From an uncultured Bifidobacterium sp. (GTDB taxonomy: Bacteria > Actinomycetota > Thermoleophilia > Miltoncostaeales > Miltoncostaeaceae), in contig CAZEUE010000001.1 of assembly GCA_964514615.1 (NCBI GenBank), positions 1 through 57,633 on the forward strand: a stretch of DNA of 57,633 bases, given 5' to 3'. Position numbers and translations under genes: made by a program. This document shows, piece after piece, positions 20,423-29,977 of this stretch. The stretch's first letter is position 1. Each line of letters begins with the position of its first letter. Under the pieces are notes generated by a model. It saw only the letters and a list, made by a program, of their open reading frames with translations. It did no database searches and was not told the origin of the DNA.

Positions 20423-21738
20423 GTCCCTCCTCGGGACGCCACGAGCGCCCCGGCCCGCCGGACGCCCTTCCGGGCGACGCCATGGTGCTGCGCGCGGCCG
20501 AGGAGTCGCTGGCCGGGCGCCGCGGCGGGCTGCGCCGCTTCACGCCGTTCCTCGGGCCTGCGTTCATCGCGGCCGTGGCCTACGTGGATCCGGGCAACTT
20601 CGCCACCAACATGGCCGCGGGGGCCGAATACGGGTTCCTGCTGGTGTGGGTGGTGGTTGCCGCGGTGCTGATGTCCATGATCATCCAGTCGATGTCCGCG
20701 AAGCTGGGCATCGCCTCGGGACTCAACCTGGCCGAGGCCTGTCGCGCGCGGTATCGGCGTCCCGTCGTGCGGGGGCTGTGGGTGCAGGCCGAGGTCGTGG
20801 CCATGGCCACGGACGTCGCGGAGTTCGTGGGCGCCGCACTCGGCCTGTACCTGCTCTTCGGCATTCCGCTGCTCCCCGCCGCCGTCATCACGGCCGTGGC
20901 GTCGTACGCCATCCTCGCCATGCAGGCGCGTGGGTTCCGTCGCCTCGAGGCCATCATCGCCGCCTTCGTGGGGGTGATCGTGGTGGCATTCGCCGTGCAG
21001 GTGTTCCTGGCCAGGCCATCGCCCGGGGGCGTCGCAGGGGGGCTGGTGCCGGGGTTCGAGGGCACCGGAAGCGTTCTGCTGGCCGTGGGCATCCTCGGCG
21101 CCACCGTCATGCCGCATGTCATCTACCTCCACTCCGCGCTCACCCAGCGGCGCATCCCCGTGGCCGACGCGCATGCCCGCAAGCGCCTGTTCCGGTTCGA
21201 GGTGGTCGACGTGGTGGTGGCCATGACCATCGCCGGGCTGGTGAACCTGTCGATGCTCGTGATCGCCGCCACCGCCTTCAACGCCACCGGCATGACCGAC
21301 GTGGGGGAGGACCTGACCCAGGTGTTCGAGGGACTCGGCACGGTCGTGGGGGGGCATGCGGACATCCTGTTCGGGGTTGCCCTGCTGGCATCCGGGCTGT
21401 CGTCGTCGAGCATCGGCACGCTCGCCGGGCAGGTGGTGATGGAGGGCTTCCTGCGCCGTCGCATCCCGGTGTGGCTGCGCAGGACCATCACCATGGCTCC
21501 GGCCTTCGCGGTGCTCGCGCTGGGCGTGGACCCGGTGCTCGCCCTGGTCATCTCGCAGGTCATCCTGTCGTTCGGCATCCCCTTCGCGCTGATCCCCCTG
21601 ATCCACGTCACCTCGGACCGGCGGCTGATGGGCGTGCTGGTCAACCGACGGGTCACGGTCGCGGCAGGGGTGGTCATCGCGGCCGTGGTGATTACCCTCA
21701 ACGCGGTGTTGCTGATGCTCACGTTCGGGGTCGCATGA
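20419..21738 (+). CDS. mntH: NRAMP family divalent metal (Mn2+/Fe2+) transporter
   Basis: The NRAMP signature is GPAFIAAVAYVDPGNFATNMAAGAEYGF, together with MPHVIYLHSAL. The start is GTG 20419 (coupled) or ATG 20482. Confidence 0.9.
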   Translation: MSPSSGRHERPGPPDALPGDAMVLRAAEESLAGRRGGLRRFTPFLGPAFIAAVAYVDPGNFATNMAAGAEYGFLLVWVVVAAVLMSMIIQSMSAKLGIASGLNLAEACRARYRRPVVRGLWVQAEVVAMATDVAEFVGAALGLYLLFGIPLLPAAVITAVASYAILAMQARGFRRLEAIIAAFVGVIVVAFAVQVFLARPSPGGVAGGLVPGFEGTGSVLLAVGILGATVMPHVIYLHSALTQRRIPVADAHARKRLFRFEVVDVVVAMTIAGLVNLSMLVIAATAFNATGMTDVGEDLTQVFEGLGTVVGGHADILFGVALLASGLSSSSIGTLAGQVVMEGFLRRRIPVWLRRTITMAPAFAVLALGVDPVLALVISQVILSFGIPFALIPLIHVTSDRRLMGVLVNRRVTVAAGVVIAAVVITLNAVLLMLTFGVA

Positions 21739-23102
21739 TCCGCCTGCGCGCCCTCATGGCCGTGCTGGCCGTGGTGCTCGCGTGCGCGGCGGGCGCCTCG
21801 GCGGCCCGGGTGGAGCCCGCGGACGGAGCGCGGGTGCAGGCGGCCCCCGCCGCCCTGCGCGTGGTGGTGGACGCCCCGGTGGAGCCGGCGCTGGCGCGGG
21901 CGGAGGTGCGCGGGCCGGATGGTGCGGTGGCACGGCGGGCGGTGGTCACCGGGGCCGATCCGCAGGCCATCCTCGTGCCCATCCCCGCGGATGGCCCGGG
22001 CACCTACCGGGTGGCGTGGTGGGGGCTCACGACCGACGGACATCCGGTGGCGGGGCGCACCGGGTTCTCGGTGCGCTCGAGCACGCCCGTGGCCGGGGAC
22101 GTGCAGCCGGCGGGCGCGGACGACACCTCTCCGCTGGCCATCGTCGCGCGGTTCCTCGTGCTGATCGGGGTGTTCGGCACCGCCGGGATGGCCCTTGCCC
22201 GCGAGTGGTCGATCGCGGGCGCATGGGACGCCGGCGGCACTGGCCCGCCGGGCAGCGACCATGCCGCGCAGGTGCGCGCGGCGGCCGACGCGCACGCCGC
22301 CCGGCCCCTGGGCCTCTGGTGGGCGACCTGGTGGGCCCTGCTGGGCGCGTGGATCGCCGGGCTCGTCCTCGCCCTGCCCGTGCAGGCCTGGTCCACGGGG
22401 GGCCAGTGGAGTGCGCTGCTCCGCGATTCGCGCTGGGGAACGGCCTGGATCGGGCTGCTGGTACTGGGGGTCCTCGGAGGCCTCGCCGCCGCCGTGGCGC
22501 GTCGCGCCCCGCGTTCGCTCGCGCCCTCCCCCGCGCGCATGTACGCATTGGCGGTCCCCGGCCTCCTCGGGGCGGTGCTGCTGTCGTGGTCGGGTCACGC
22601 CGCGAGCGGCTCGGACGCCACGCTCGGCGTGGCGATCGACGTCCTGCACGGATGGGCCACGGCCGCCTGGCTCGGTGGCCTGGTGATGCTGCTGGTGCTG
22701 TGCGTCCCCCTGCTCGCGGCCATGGGCGCCGGGGATCGCGTGCGGTTCGGCGCCGCGGCCGTGGTGCGGTTCTCGTCGCTGGCGGTTGCGGCCGTGGTGC
22801 TCCTGGTGATCACGGGGGTGTACCGCGCCCTCGCCGAGCTGCCGTCGCTCGAATCCCTGTGGACCACCGACTACGGGGTGGTGCTGCTGGCGAAGCTCGC
22901 GGTGTTCGCGGTGATGCTGGTGATCGCGGCATGGAACCGCGCCGTCCTGCACCCGCGGCTCGAGCGCCGGGCCCTGGGCCTCGGCGCGGGGGACGCCACC
23001 GGCACGGCGCAGCTGCGTCGCAGCGTGCGGGCCGAGGTGGCCCTCGGCACCGTGGTGATGGCGCTCGTGGCCGTGATGGTGGGCCTGATGCCCCCGACCT
23101 GA
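21735..23102 (+). CDS. CopC-CopD fusion protein (YcnJ-like copper handling/transport)
   Basis: ATG 21735 overlaps the mntH stop (ATGA). A signal peptide precedes a CopC-like beta domain (GTYRVAWWGLTTDGHPVAG.FSV), followed by about 8 TM helices of CopD type. Confidence 0.8.
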   Translation: MIRLRALMAVLAVVLACAAGASAARVEPADGARVQAAPAALRVVVDAPVEPALARAEVRGPDGAVARRAVVTGADPQAILVPIPADGPGTYRVAWWGLTTDGHPVAGRTGFSVRSSTPVAGDVQPAGADDTSPLAIVARFLVLIGVFGTAGMALAREWSIAGAWDAGGTGPPGSDHAAQVRAAADAHAARPLGLWWATWWALLGAWIAGLVLALPVQAWSTGGQWSALLRDSRWGTAWIGLLVLGVLGGLAAAVARRAPRSLAPSPARMYALAVPGLLGAVLLSWSGHAASGSDATLGVAIDVLHGWATAAWLGGLVMLLVLCVPLLAAMGAGDRVRFGAAAVVRFSSLAVAAVVLLVITGVYRALAELPSLESLWTTDYGVVLLAKLAVFAVMLVIAAWNRAVLHPRLERRALGLGAGDATGTAQLRRSVRAEVALGTVVMALVAVMVGLMPPT

Positions 23103-23119
23103 CCGGCATCATCCCGGTC

Positions 23120-24409
23120 ATGGCCGACCGGGCGGGCGCACGCGTGTACGAGGTGGACGAGGTGGTCACGGCGCTCGAGCGCGTGATCGCCCAGCACACG
23201 CGGGCGGTGTACATCCGGGGCGAGGTCGTGAACCTGCGCAGCGGGCGCGACGGGCGCGTATCGTGGTTCCGGCTGGAGGACCCGCGCGATGGGCACGACG
23301 CCCGCATCGACTGCATGGCGTTCGCCACCGACGTCGCCGATGGCCACGTGCTGGCCGACGGATCCGTGATCCAGGCGGTGGCGCGCCCGGAGTTCTCGCG
23401 CCGCGACGGGCGCCTGCAGGTGCGCCTGCGGCGCATCGAGCCCGCCGGCGAGGGCGAGATCCTCCGCCTGATCGAGGAGCGCCGCCGGCGCCTGGCGGCG
23501 GAGGGCCTGTTCGACGCCGCGCTCAAGCGACCCCTGCCATTCGTGCCGCGGGGGGTGGGGCTGGTCACCGCGGCCACGGGGGCCGCCCGTGCGGACGTGC
23601 TGCGCCGCATCGAGTCGCGCTTCCCGGTGCCCGTGGTGGTGGCGCATGCGGCGATGCAGGGGCCGGCGTGCGCAGATGAGGTGTCGCGCGCCGTGGCGGC
23701 GCTCGACGCCGACCCCCGCGTGGACGTGATCGTGATCGCCCGGGGCGGTGGCGCCCTGCAGGACCTCCTGCCGTTCAGCGATGAGCAGGTGGTGAGGGCG
23801 ATCCGCGCATCGGGTACCCCCGTGGTGGCGGGCATCGGCCACCAGCCCGACGTGACGCTGGCCTGCCGTGCTGCCGACGCCATGGCGGCCACCCCCACCG
23901 CGGCCGCCGACCTCGTGGTGCCCGATGGCGCGATGCTGCGCGACGACCTGGCGGCGCTCGGCCGCCGGGTGCGGGCGGGCGGCCGCCGGGCCGTGGACGG
24001 GGCCCGGCGCGACCTGCGCATGCTCGGCGCGCGCCCGGGCCTGGTGCGCCCGCACCAGGCCGTCGTGCACCGGCCCCGCCTGGCCGTCGCCGCCATGGGG
24101 CTCCGGCTGGCGCGCGCGGGCGCGGGTGCCACGGCCGGACCGGCCCGCGACCTGCGCGACCTCCGCGGGCGCCGGTACCGGGCCATCGCGGCTGCCCGCT
24201 CGGGCGCCACGGCGCGCCTTGCCGTGCAGTCGGCGCGCCTGCGCGCGGGTGACCCCGCGCGACCGCTGGACGACGGGTTCGCGCTGGTACGGGGCGCGGA
24301 CGGGGGCATCATCACCAGCGCGGCCGCCGCGGCCCGCGCGGGGCGCGTCACGCTGCAGTTCGGGGATGGCCAGGTTGCCGCCCGCGTGGGCGGGGAGGAG
24401 GAGGCATGA
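23120..24409 (+). CDS. xseA: Exodeoxyribonuclease VII large subunit
   Basis: An OB-fold N-terminus is followed by GVGLVTAATGAARADVL, IVIARGGGALQDLLPFSDE and GIGHQPDVTLA. Confidence 0.88.
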   Translation: MADRAGARVYEVDEVVTALERVIAQHTRAVYIRGEVVNLRSGRDGRVSWFRLEDPRDGHDARIDCMAFATDVADGHVLADGSVIQAVARPEFSRRDGRLQVRLRRIEPAGEGEILRLIEERRRRLAAEGLFDAALKRPLPFVPRGVGLVTAATGAARADVLRRIESRFPVPVVVAHAAMQGPACADEVSRAVAALDADPRVDVIVIARGGGALQDLLPFSDEQVVRAIRASGTPVVAGIGHQPDVTLACRAADAMAATPTAAADLVVPDGAMLRDDLAALGRRVRAGGRRAVDGARRDLRMLGARPGLVRPHQAVVHRPRLAVAAMGLRLARAGAGATAGPARDLRDLRGRRYRAIAAARSGATARLAVQSARLRAGDPARPLDDGFALVRGADGGIITSAAAAARAGRVTLQFGDGQVAARVGGEEEA

Positions 24410-24639
24410 GCGACGAGTCACCGGAGGCGATCCCGGCCGACATGGCGTTCGAGGACGCCATGGCCGAGCTCGAGGACTGCGTGGACCGCCTCGAATCCGG
24501 CGAGGCGGGGCTGGACGAGGCCGTGCGGCTGTTCCGGCGCGGCGCGGCGCTGCAGGCGTGGTGCGAGGCGCGCCTCGACGCCATCAGCGCGCAGATCGAG
24601 GAGCTCACGGGCGCCGAGGACGCCGACCAGCAGTCCTAG
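24406..24639 (+). CDS. xseB: Exodeoxyribonuclease VII small subunit
   Basis: The 77-aa product has FEDAMAELEDCVDRLESGEAGLDEAVRLFRRG. Its start overlaps the xseA stop. Confidence 0.9.
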   Translation: MSDESPEAIPADMAFEDAMAELEDCVDRLESGEAGLDEAVRLFRRGAALQAWCEARLDAISAQIEELTGAEDADQQS

Positions 24640-24649
24640 CCGGGGCGGA

Positions 24650-25165
24650 TCACGCCGCGTCGGTGCCCGGCCGCAGCCACAGCTGGCGGCGGGCGGTGGA
24701 GAACGGCAGCGGCGCCGGCGCCCTCATCACCGTCACGTCGTCCGCCGCCTCCCTGCGGCGCACCCATGCGCGGGCGCGCAGGTCGGTCATGCCGGCGGCG
24801 AATGCCACGCCCGCGAGGAGCGCGGCGAACTGCACCCACCCCAGCAGGGCGACGGCGATCAGCACCACGGCGAGCGCCGTGGGCACGGCCGCGCGCCGCA
24901 GCGCGGTGCCGTCGGGTTCGTCCTCGAGGTTCGCCGGGGCCGGCGGGGCATCGGCCACGGCCTTCTGCAGCCATCCGCCGCTCACCACCACCTGTGCGAG
25001 TCCGAAGACCAGCGCCACGATGATGAACGGGACGATCGCACGGGCGGGCCCACCGGCCACGAGGGCCGCGGACAGGGCCACGCCGGCAACGCCCACGGCG
25101 GTGAGCCCCCCGCCGTTGATGGCGAGGTCGCGGCAGATGGGAGTTGCGACCGGCACGGCGGGCAC
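24650..25165 (-). CDS. Hypothetical membrane protein (about 171 aa, 4 predicted TM helices)
   Basis: GTG 25165 shares one nucleotide with the TAG stop of the upstream secreted protein. The product has hydrophobic helices and no recognisable family. Confidence 0.5.
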   Translation of the reverse strand: MPAVPVATPICRDLAINGGGLTAVGVAGVALSAALVAGGPARAIVPFIIVALVFGLAQVVVSGGWLQKAVADAPPAPANLEDEPDGTALRRAAVPTALAVVLIAVALLGWVQFAALLAGVAFAAGMTDLRARAWVRRREAADDVTVMRAPAPLPFSTARRQLWLRPGTDAA

Positions 25166-26733
25166 TAAACCACAACCAGCGTCAGCGAGCGCGGCGTTCC
25201 ATTGCGGGGGGTCGCCGTGATCACCCACCGGCCGCGGCCGAGCGACGCGCCGCCGAGGCCGCCCTGCAGCACCACGGCATTCGGCCCCGCAGGGCTGCTG
25301 ACGGACAGCCCGCCCACCACGCGGGACGATCCGGCGCGCCGCGCGGTGATGCGCACGCGGCTGGCAGTGGACAGCCCGAACGTGATCCGGATGGCCTGGC
25401 CCGGCCGCACGCGCGCCGGCCGGGCGCGCAGGTCCACCACCAGCGCCGGTGCCGTGACGCCCGTGCCCGCCAATCCGGTGGCGGCCATCACCCCGGATGG
25501 CGCGATGGCGGGTTCGGCCGCCGGGTTGGTCCACTGCCACGCCACCGGCGCCACGCCGTCGTCGCCGATCGCCGCCTGCGGGGCGATGGCGGGACGCCCC
25601 GGATCGCTGATCACTCCGGGCGGGCCGAATGCGCCACCCGCGGGCCGGAGCGCGGCCTGCACCTGCGCCACGGCCCCCGACTGCGCGGGCCACGCCACCA
25701 CGGCGGCGCCGCCGCCGCTGGCGGCAAGCGACGGGGCGCCGGCCGTCGTGCCCGCCGGCGACATGTCGACGGGGGCGCTCCACGCCCCGCCCGGGGGGCG
25801 CTCGGCCACCTGCACCACGCCCGACCGGCTCCATGCCACCAGGGCTGCGCCGCGCCCGTCCATGGCGGCGCGCGCCCCCCGTGCCTGGGCCGCAGGACGC
25901 GACAGGTCGGCGGGTGCGGTCCACTCGCCGGTGATCGCCCGGGTGGCGGCCTGCGCCGTCACGGATTCTCCGCGGGTGAGGGTCCACGCGGCCACGGCGG
26001 TGCCATCGGGGGCAAGGGCAACCGATGGGTCCACCACCACGGCGGTGCTGGCAGGCGACACCGTGACCGCGGGTGAGAAGCCCCCCACGGGCCCCCGGGT
26101 GGCGGCACGAACGCGGTAGGTGCCGCCCTCGTCCTGGCGCCACACCACGATCACGCCCGTCGGCCCGCCGGCAACCGCGGGCGTGGAGGCGCGCTCACCG
26201 GGCGGCGAGACCACCACGGCCGGGGCGAAGCGGCCATCGGCCCGGCCGCAGGCGGCCCGCACCTGGGAACGCCCCTGGGCGTCGGCCGAGGTCCAGGCCA
26301 CAAGGGGCGTGCAGCCGCGTCCGAAGGCCATGCGCGGCGACGAATCCACGCGCCCGCGCGGCGACAGGGCGGCGGCACGGAGGAACCGCCGGCGCTCCGG
26401 ACGGATGGCCGCGCGCACGCGGCCGCCCTGCACCCAGGCGGCGCCCGCGCGCCCGCCGGTGGTCATCGCCACCGACACCGACGACGCCCCGCGGACGCTC
26501 CCGGGAACCCGCGTGGGCGAGTACCACGGGCCCCCGGGGGTGCGCAGGGTCACCCGCACGCCGTCCCGGGTGGCCCACGCCGCCACGGCCCGCCCGGCAT
26601 CGTTGCCGGCCACCGCGGGCGCACCGGCCCCCCGCTGGGGCGGTGCGATGGCGGTCGGCGGCAGCCAGGGACCGCTGGCGCCCGCGGCGGCCGGGCAGCA
26701 CGTGATCAGGACAATGGATGCGATGCGCAGCAC
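25165..26733 (-). CDS. Secreted or lipoprotein-like repeat protein (7-8 beta-propeller-like repeats plus a C-terminal Ig-like domain)
   Basis: GTG 26733 gives VLRIASIVLITCCPAAAGA (signal or lipobox-like LITC). About 45-aa repeats with a G.A.VAW....V.A..R..GG.WS.P pattern recur at least 7 times. The ORF-track N-terminal 400 aa is antisense to rpiR/pdxS and is discarded. Confidence 0.6.
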   Translation of the reverse strand: MLRIASIVLITCCPAAAGASGPWLPPTAIAPPQRGAGAPAVAGNDAGRAVAAWATRDGVRVTLRTPGGPWYSPTRVPGSVRGASSVSVAMTTGGRAGAAWVQGGRVRAAIRPERRRFLRAAALSPRGRVDSSPRMAFGRGCTPLVAWTSADAQGRSQVRAACGRADGRFAPAVVVSPPGERASTPAVAGGPTGVIVVWRQDEGGTYRVRAATRGPVGGFSPAVTVSPASTAVVVDPSVALAPDGTAVAAWTLTRGESVTAQAATRAITGEWTAPADLSRPAAQARGARAAMDGRGAALVAWSRSGVVQVAERPPGGAWSAPVDMSPAGTTAGAPSLAASGGGAAVVAWPAQSGAVAQVQAALRPAGGAFGPPGVISDPGRPAIAPQAAIGDDGVAPVAWQWTNPAAEPAIAPSGVMAATGLAGTGVTAPALVVDLRARPARVRPGQAIRITFGLSTASRVRITARRAGSSRVVGGLSVSSPAGPNAVVLQGGLGGASLGRGRWVITATPRNGTPRSLTLVVV

Positions 26734-26790
26734 GGGATCATCGTAGGGGCACGGGAAGGGAGGGGGCGCTCCCCGGCGAAACAGCACCAC

Positions 26791-27594
26791 ATGCCACCCG
26801 ACGCACACGAACTCGCCGAGGTCCTCCGCCGCGACTACGAGCGGTTCAGCCCCGCGCAGCAGGCACTGGCCCGCTACCTGGTGGATCACCTTGCGGAGCT
26901 TCCCCTGGTATCCGCCCACGAGGTCGCGCAGGCCGCGCACTGCAGTCCCGCCACCGTGGTGCGGTTCGCGCAGGCCCTCGGCTACGCCGGGTATCCCGAG
27001 CTGCAGCGCACGGTGCGCCACGCGCACCGGCCCGGACTGGGCGTGCGGGCCGTGGGCGGGCCCGGCAACGGCAACCGGGTGCAGGTGCTCGATGCGGATC
27101 GCCTGGCCCTCGAGGACGTGGCCGCCCGCCTCGGGGTCGACGGCGTGCAGCCGCTGGTGACGCCGCTCGCCGCGGTGGCGCCCGTGGTCGTGGCCGGCGA
27201 CGCCGCCGCGCGCCCCGTGCTGGCCCTGCTGGAGGATCGCCTTGCGCGGGCCGGTCGCGAGGTGCTGGTGGTCGACTCGGGCGAGCCCCGGGTGCGCATG
27301 CGCCTGGGCGCGCTGGCCCGCGGCGGCGGGCTCATCGCCGTGTCGGTGGGCAAGGACACCCGCGTCGCCGAGTACGCGGTGGCTGCCGCGCGCGCGGCCG
27401 GCTCCCCGGCCGTCGCCCTGGTGGATTCCAGCCTCTCGGCTGCGGCGCGTGCCCCCGTGGTGCGCGTGGTGCCCGCGGAGGAGCGTGGCGGCGAGCCCAG
27501 CCTGACCGCCTTCGTCGCGGTGGCGCAGGCGCTGGCCCACGGGCTGGCGGCGCACCAGGTTCCGCGCAGGACCCTGACGGCCATCCCCGCTTAG
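26791..27594 (+). CDS. MurR/RpiR family transcriptional regulator (HTH plus SIS domain)
   Basis: The N-terminal HTH_6-like region is FSPAQQALARYLVDH...SAHEVAQAAHCSPATVVRFAQALGYAGYPELQ, followed by a SIS-like C-terminal half. Confidence 0.8.
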   Translation: MPPDAHELAEVLRRDYERFSPAQQALARYLVDHLAELPLVSAHEVAQAAHCSPATVVRFAQALGYAGYPELQRTVRHAHRPGLGVRAVGGPGNGNRVQVLDADRLALEDVAARLGVDGVQPLVTPLAAVAPVVVAGDAAARPVLALLEDRLARAGREVLVVDSGEPRVRMRLGALARGGGLIAVSVGKDTRVAEYAVAAARAAGSPAVALVDSSLSAAARAPVVRVVPAEERGGEPSLTAFVAVAQALAHGLAAHQVPRRTLTAIPA

Positions 27595-27673
27595 CCGGTC
27601 CGGTCCGGAACCGGTGCCCGTGCGGCATCGCTCCGTTCTACACTCCCCGGGGTCCCGATCAGGAGTGGATTGA

Positions 27674-28588
27674 GTGAGCGACGACGTCGCAGGCAACGGC
27701 GCCCAGGGCGCCACCGGAACGGACGCGGTGAAAGCCGGCCTTGCCCGCATGCTCAAGGGTGGCGTCATCATGGACGTCGTCACGCCCGAGCAGGCCAAGA
27801 TCGCCGAGGACGCCGGTGCATGCGCCGTGATGGCGCTCGAGCGCATTCCCGCCGAGATCCGCAAGATGGGCGGCGTGGCGCGCATGAGCGACCCCGAGAT
27901 GATCATGGGCATCCAGGAGGCCGTGACCATCCCCGTCATGGCCAAGTGCCGCATCGGGCACCACCTCGAAGCCCAGGTCCTGCAGTCGCTCGAAATCGAT
28001 TACATCGACGAGTCCGAGGTGCTCACCCCGGCCGACGAGGCCAGCCACGTGGACAAGCGCGCCTTCACCGTGCCGTTCGTGTGCGGCGCCACCAACCTCG
28101 GCGAGGCCCTGCGGCGCATCGCCGAGGGCGCCGCGATGATCCGCACCAAGGGGGAGGCCGGCACGGGCAACGTGGTCGAGGCCGTGCGCCACATGAAGAC
28201 CATCACGCAGGACATCCGCCGGGTCGTCACCGCCACGGCCGAGGAGCGCTTCGCCATCGCCAAGGAGATGGCCGCACCCCTCGAGCTGATCGAGTGGGTG
28301 GGCGAGCACGGGCGCCTCCCGGTGGTGAACTTCTCGGCTGGCGGCATTGCCACCCCGGCCGACGCCGCCCTGATGATGTACCTGGGCGCCGAGGGAGTGT
28401 TCGTGGGCAGCGGCATCTTCATGAGCGAGGACCCGCCGGCCCGCGCCCGCGCCATCGTGGAGGCCACCACGCACTGGGACGACCCCTCCGTGGTGGCCCG
28501 GGTATCGCGCGGACTGCGCGAGGCCATGCCGGGCATCGAGATCGGCGAGCTCGGCGAGGCCGGGCTGCTGCAGACCCGGGGCTGGTGA
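27674..28588 (+). CDS. pdxS: Pyridoxal 5'-phosphate synthase lyase subunit PdxS
   Basis: GTG 27674 lies 8 nt after AGGAG. Motifs are [22 protein letters not shown] and [18 protein letters not shown]. Confidence 0.96.
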   Translation: MSDDVAGNGAQGATGTDAVKAGLARMLKGGVIMDVVTPEQAKIAEDAGACAVMALERIPAEIRKMGGVARMSDPEMIMGIQEAVTIPVMAKCRIGHHLEAQVLQSLEIDYIDESEVLTPADEASHVDKRAFTVPFVCGATNLGEALRRIAEGAAMIRTKGEAGTGNVVEAVRHMKTITQDIRRVVTATAEERFAIAKEMAAPLELIEWVGEHGRLPVVNFSAGGIATPADAALMMYLGAEGVFVGSGIFMSEDPPARARAIVEATTHWDDPSVVARVSRGLREAMPGIEIGELGEAGLLQTRGW

Positions 28589-29229
28589 GCACGGGCGAGG
28601 CCACGCGGCCCCGGATCGGCGTGCTGGCGGTCCAGGGCGCCGTGTCGGAGCATGAGGAGGCCCTCGCCGACGTGGGCGCGCGGACCTGCAGGGTGCGCGA
28701 CGCGCGGGACCTCGAGGGCCTCGACGGCCTGGTCATCCCGGGGGGCGAGAGCACCACGTTCGGCCTGGTGGCGGGCGAGTCGGGCCTGCTGCCGGCGCTG
28801 CGCGCGCGGGTGGATGCCGGGCTGCCGGTATTCGGCACGTGCGCCGGCATGATCATGCTCGCCGACTCCATCGCGGGGGGCGGCCCGCAGCCGCTCGTGG
28901 GCGGCATGGACATCGTGGTCCGGCGCAACGCCTTCGGGCGGCAGGTCAACTCGTTCGAGGCCGATGTGGCCGTTTCGGCGCTGGGTGATCCGCCCATGCG
29001 CGGTATCTTCATACGCGCCCCCTGGATCGAATCCGCTGGTTCATCGGTGGAGGTGATCGCCCATCAGGGGGGGCATGCGGTCGCGGCACGCGACGCCACG
29101 CGCATCGTGGCGGCGTTCCACCCCGAGCTCACGGGGGACCGCAGGCTGCACAGGCTGTTCGTGGATGGCGTCCGCAGCGCGGGCGCGCGGCAGGAGCACG
29201 AGGAGGACACCGTTGTCGGGGCACAGTAA
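28585..29229 (+). CDS. pdxT: Pyridoxal 5'-phosphate synthase glutaminase subunit PdxT
   Basis: GTG 28585 overlaps the pdxS stop (GTGA). Motifs are [33 protein letters not shown] and AAFHPELT. Confidence 0.93.
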   Translation: MSTGEATRPRIGVLAVQGAVSEHEEALADVGARTCRVRDARDLEGLDGLVIPGGESTTFGLVAGESGLLPALRARVDAGLPVFGTCAGMIMLADSIAGGGPQPLVGGMDIVVRRNAFGRQVNSFEADVAVSALGDPPMRGIFIRAPWIESAGSSVEVIAHQGGHAVAARDATRIVAAFHPELTGDRRLHRLFVDGVRSAGARQEHEEDTVVGAQ

Positions 29230-29965
29230 GTGGGCCACCATCAAGCGCAAGAAGGGCGCGGCCGATGCCAAGCGCGGCCAGCTCTTCTCCAAGCTCTCGC
29301 GGGCCATCACCGTGGCCGCGCGCGAGGGCGGCGGCGACCCGGCCTCGAATGCGGCCCTCGCCACTGCCATCGAGAAGGCACGCGCCAACTCGATGCCCAA
29401 GGACAACATCGAGCGCGCCATCCAGAAGGGCACCGGCGGCGGCGACGGCGCGGTCGACTACGAGGCCGTCACGTACGAGGGCTACGGGCCCGGGGGCGTG
29501 GCGATCATCTGCGTGGCGCTCACCGACAACCGCAACCGCACCGCCAGCGACGTCCGCCACATCTTCACCAAGAACGGCTCCGAGCTGGGCACCCCCGGCA
29601 GCGTGGCCTGGCAGTTCGAGCGCAAGGGGATCATCCTCGTGGATGGGGACGGCGTGGACGAGGAGTCCCTGATGGATGCGGCGCTCGAGGGTGGCGCCGA
29701 GGACATCAGCGAGGACGGCTCGCAGTGGCAGGTGGTCACCGATCCCGTCGACCTGTCGGTGGTGCGCATGGCGCTGGAGGGCGCGGGATTCGCCGCGGCG
29801 TCCGCGGACATCACCATGCTTCCCAAGACCACGGTGGAGACGGGCGAGAAGGAGGCCCGTCAGCTGCTCCGCCTCATCGACAGCCTCGAGGAGAATGACG
29901 ACGTCCAGGACGTCTATGCGAACTTCGACATCTCCGAGGAGGTCATGGAGGCCGTCGCCGGCTAG
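29213..29965 (+). CDS. yebC: YebC/PmpR family DNA-binding transcriptional regulator
   Basis: TTG 29213 lies 6 nt after AGGAGG and gives (M)[21 protein letters not shown], the canonical family N-terminus. It overlaps the pdxT 3' end by 17 nt. Confidence 0.9.
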   Translation: MSGHSKWATIKRKKGAADAKRGQLFSKLSRAITVAAREGGGDPASNAALATAIEKARANSMPKDNIERAIQKGTGGGDGAVDYEAVTYEGYGPGGVAIICVALTDNRNRTASDVRHIFTKNGSELGTPGSVAWQFERKGIILVDGDGVDEESLMDAALEGGAEDISEDGSQWQVVTDPVDLSVVRMALEGAGFAAASADITMLPKTTVETGEKEARQLLRLIDSLEENDDVQDVYANFDISEEVMEAVAG

Positions 29966-29977
29966 GGCGGAGGTCGC

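Noticed and set aside
18863-21738. Long plus-strand ORFs 18863..20422 and 19798..21738 taken at full length
   Set aside because: Their 5' halves are antisense to ctaA and have no coding features. Only the 3' parts (19856..20422 membrane protein, 20419..21738 mntH) are kept.
27595-27673. Structured element (CCGGTCCGGTCCGGAACCGG) upstream of pdxS as a riboswitch or terminator
   Set aside because: There is only a short GC hairpin after the rpiR stop and no resemblance to any riboswitch class I know. It is probably a weak terminator at most.
26734-27954. N-terminal 400 residues of the 929-aa ORF 25165..27954 (minus strand)
   Set aside because: This part is antisense to the RpiR regulator and to the pdxS 5' end and has no protein-like features. 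A GTG at 26733 gives a signal-peptide-like N-terminus, so the gene was shortened.
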